Positions 60,601-64,000 of a stretch of DNA of 64,000 nucleotides are shown piece after piece. The DNA lies in the NCBI RefSeq assembly GCF_902459465.1, contig NC_047065.1, positions 21,142,001-21,206,000 on the forward strand, given 5' to 3'. This DNA is from Asterias rubens (Eukaryota). The position numbers and the translations under genes are program-made. The first letter of the stretch is position 1; every line of letters begins with the position of its first letter. Under the pieces are notes generated by a model that saw only the letters and a program-made list of their open reading frames with translations, made no database searches and was not told the DNA's origin.

Positions 60601-63600
60601 GGTTCTCAAATATCTTCCGTGCTTTCTGTCTGGCATTTTGAAACCAAACTACAATCACACGAGGACTGAGGTTTAACAGGCGGGACATGTTATCCAGGTC
60701 ATCATCCTTGGGGTAGGCATTATTCTCGAAAAACTCCTGTAAGACTTTGACCTGATAATCTGTGAAGCGTGTGCGACCTGACCGCTTGGATCCTGAACCA
60801 CTGCAACTCACTGTTGGGGAGGTGGCAGACGGCATCCCATGGGTTGCTGGAGAAATCGGTGAAAGTATTGGGGAGCCCAGCTCAGAGTGGGTTGAGGTAG
60901 GCGTAGTAGGTGAAGATGTAAGGGCTGATGATCTAAAAACATTGACTCCCTGTGGGTCTGATGTGAAGACACTGTTTACTGAACTTACACTTGCAACACT
61001 TTCTCGCTCTCGTTTGACAGGGGGCTTAAGTAAGGACTCTTCTGACTTGCTGAAAACATCCATGTCACTCGGCTTGCTTTTCAGTGTAGGTGGGGCTTCC
61101 TCAATGGGTGGTGGTGGTGATTGTGATTTAGGCTGAGACCAATCGGGTAGAAAAGGACTCTTCTCAGGAACGGTCTCAGATTTCACACTCTCTTTTTTCT
61201 CAGGTTTTGATTCTGGTTTTGGAGAGACCGATAGTGCAGGAATAGGAGGAGCACTGAGAATGGCTGTACAAACAGGCAACGAGGCAGAGGCTGACGCCAT
61301 GGGTGCTGGCGGCAAGGCCATCATAGGCATTGTAGATGATAAAGGTAGTGACAGACAAGGGGAGGCACCATCGGCTAAAAAACTGCTTCCCGCTTTGCTC
61401 CTTTTTCTGCTGCCAGAACCACTGATGGATGAAATGGGTGATGGTGACAAATGTCGTGCATCTGCAGCAGCAGCCGCAGCAGCTGCTGCACAGGCTGCTG
61501 CTGCCTGCTCTGCTGCTAAAGCAGCTGCCTGGGCAGCTGCCACTTCTTGCTTGGCCTTTGCTTGAGCTGACTTCTCTGCATCTTGAAGTGTGGTGGTGGG
61601 TGGGTTGTTGAAGTTGTAAGGAGAATCTTTGTTTCTCTGTCGCTCTTTAAATAAAGTATTTCTAAACCAGTGCTTGATAACTTTATGTGGCAAACCAGAC
61701 TTCTGGGACATCTCTGCAATCTGCTCTTCCGTGGGAGAATTGTTAATGTCAAAGTAGGCTCTTAGAATTTTCAACTGGTCATCGGTAATTCGTGTGCGAG
61801 CCCGCTTTGGAGACTTCTGCATGTAGTTGGGATCCACATATTGAACGGCCTGCATAGCAGGCATGGTGGCCTGTACCGAGTTCATTCCTTGCACCATGTT
61901 GAAGTTTTGCATGCCAGACAGAGTCTGCATGGGCTGCATCATTGAGAGCGGAAATGTATTTGACAGCAGCATTTGTGGAGGAGGTGGGGGAGGCATGGCC
62001 TGGGCAGCAGATATCTGGCCTTGCTGGTGTGCTTGCTGTAGATACTGCACTGCAGCAAGCTGAGCTGTAGCATACTGCTCCTCAGTTAACGGCACCTGAG
62101 ATAGTGCATCAGATCCGGGTTCTTCTTTGACTTCCCCATTCTGTTCAGGTTGTTCCTCCTTGACAGCTTTCTCACTTTCGATCCTTTCTCTCTCCTCTTC
62201 AAGACTGCTCTCAATAAGCTCCTCTTTAAACTTCTGCGAGTACATCTCGATCTCCTTAATGGTTAGCACCTTCTTGTGAAGCTCTTCTAAATGGGCTTTG
62301 TAGACAAAAATACTTGAAAACTCTTTGGAGCAATCGCTGCAGTAGAACTTGTCCTCTTGAGCAATACTGGCTGGTAAACCCTGAGCAAACTCATTGAACT
62401 GTTGAACAAGGTCAAATCCATAGCTTTCCAAGAGCTTTCTTTGGACTTGAGAGGTTCGAATACGACGTGGTTGCTGACTGTTTGAAATCTCAGGGATGCT
62501 CTGCTTTGGGGTTGCTGGTGGTGTGGCTGGTGTGGTAGCGTTCTCTGATGAAGGAGAGTTTCCACATTGTGTAAGCTGATGTTGAACAAGGGCCTCTTGG
62601 CTCACAAAGACTGATGAACATTTGTTACAACTGAAGACACTCGGTTGAGGAAGCATCTGACCAGGTTGTAGCATCATTCCTGGGGGAAAACCAGCTAGCG
62701 TTGCAAGAGCTAGTTCTGCCTGGAGCTGCTGGGCGGCTTCTGAATGGAGCTGACTAATTCCTTGCTGTTGAAGGAAGTGCTGCAATTGTGCCTGCTGCAA
62801 TTGCTGCAGCTGGTGAAGTTGAATCTGCTGCATCTGTAACTGCATTTGTTGGGCCTGTTGCAGCTGCTGTGACTGCAGTTCTTGTGCCTGCTGTGATGGA
62901 GTAGACATCCCTGATGGTTTAGGAGATACAAGATCACCATTCTCGGTTGCACCTCTTGTCTGGTCCAGTGTAGATTCTTCACGTTCAGCACTGGTTCCTT
63001 GAAGCTCTTGTTTGGCTGCTCGGCTCTGATGAAGCACAGAGCGCATGTGTGTCTCCAATGTTGTGGCTTGGCTGTAAGCAACTTTGCACAAATTGCAGCG
63101 ATATGGCTTACCATCACTGGTATCTGCTGATGTATCTGGCTCGGTGGGTTCATTCAGGCTCTGCTTCAGTTTATGTAAATGAGAGACAGAGTTGTAATGG
63201 ACAAGCAAGATATTCTTCTGGGTGAAGGATTCTTTGCAGACATCACATTTATAGGGTCGGTTGGGGTCCCAGTACCTCTGAAGTTGGAAAGCAGTCAGAC
63301 TGCGATCCCCTTTGCGATGCATCATTGTTTTGTTATGACTACTCAGCTCACTCTGGCGCATAAATCCCAAACGACATCGATGGCATTTGTATTTGCGGCT
63401 AGGATCTGCATAAGTTCCATCATCGATGTATTTAGATTCATCTTGACTTCCATCTTCTGAGAGACTATCAACTTCCTGACTATTTGGCGTTTCCACCTGC
63501 CGGCTGGGGTCATCTCTACCTGCATCTGAGCTGTCAATGGTACCATCTACAGATTCAGCTTCCAACTGGCCTTCAAACTGAGATTGATCAAACTGGTTGT

Positions 63601-64000
63601 TCTGATCACCTTCATTGAGAACGTCATCGCAATTTGGAGAGTCATCAACCGATTTAGGTAGCGAAACCAAGTCCCCATTGGATACAGAGTTGTAGTACTG
63701 GAGTAGCTCACTGCTGCTCAGATCCTGATGGGCTGTCTCAATGTGGTTTTGCAAGGCAGGGACTGATCGAAACATTCGCTGGCAAACTGGACACTTGGTA
63801 GCTGCACGTAGTAGATGATACTGCATGTGGTTGGTGAGCTTCTCTTCCGTCTTGAATGCCAAGCTGCACTGATTGCAGCGGAACTTATACATATGACGTT
63901 CCGAGCTGGTCGACTGTTGACGCTTAGCATGGATCTCTTTAAAATGCATCTGAAGAGCAGAAGCTGTCTTGAAGTATTGGTTGCAACCTTTCTTCCAACA
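57629..64000 (-). CDS. ZFHX3/ZFHX4: Zinc finger homeobox protein (ATBF1/zfh-2, ZFHX3/4 family), terminal coding exon; 5' part lies beyond the window
   Basis: The 2106-aa ORF stays open to the window edge (extra N-terminal [17 protein letters not shown]). It has four ZFHX-type homeodomains (e.g. [77 protein letters not shown]) and about 14 C2H2/C2HC/U1-type zinc fingers, including [22 protein letters not shown]. The paralog (3 vs 4) cannot be assigned; it is probably a single pro-ortholog. Confidence 0.97.
   Translation of the reverse strand, partial: [2123 protein letters not shown]
58610..58681 (-). repeat. Coding CAG/CAA repeat, Q20-E-Q3
   Basis: The minus strand reads (CAG)7(CAA)7(CAG)4 CAA CAG GAA CAG CAG CAA, in frame within ZFHX. 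Confidence 0.95.
58913..59092 (-). other. Homeodomain 4 of ZFHX
   Basis: [58 protein letters not shown]. Confidence 0.95.
59750..59929 (-). other. Homeodomain 3 of ZFHX
   Basis: [59 protein letters not shown]. Confidence 0.95.
60608..60787 (-). other. Homeodomain 2 of ZFHX
   Basis: [58 protein letters not shown]. Confidence 0.95.
61631..61810 (-). other. Homeodomain 1 of ZFHX
   Basis: [59 protein letters not shown]. Confidence 0.95.

Noticed and set aside
57869-63460. Many short plus-strand and alternative-frame ORFs
   Set aside because: Shadow ORFs of the GC-richer ZFHX coding sequence.

Overview
AT-rich eukaryotic genomic DNA from a scaffold with four N-gaps. It is most likely an invertebrate deuterostome; a sea star or other echinoderm is inferred from the repeat families and cannot be proven here. 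The only confidently identified host gene is a ZFHX3/4 (ATBF1/zfh-2) zinc-finger homeobox gene on the minus strand. Its terminal coding exon runs from beyond the right edge to a stop at 57629 (at least 6372 nt without an intron) and encodes all four homeodomains, about 14 zinc fingers and a Q20 tract. A probable long, repeat-free 3' UTR follows. The remaining ~54 kb downstream of the gene looks like a gene-poor, repeat-dense region. It holds a young 5'-truncated CR1/L2-group LINE, about 19 TTAA-flanked AG...CT MITEs (Kolobok-like) with central palindromes, CWG-flanked palindromic MITEs, one hAT-type element and several tRNA-derived SINEs, one of which has a triplicated Pol III head. It also holds three Penelope-type minimal hammerhead ribozyme remnants, a perfect DR5 nuclear-receptor element and an isolated ~70-nt hairpin. 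No CRISPR array, rRNA or bona fide tRNA gene was seen.
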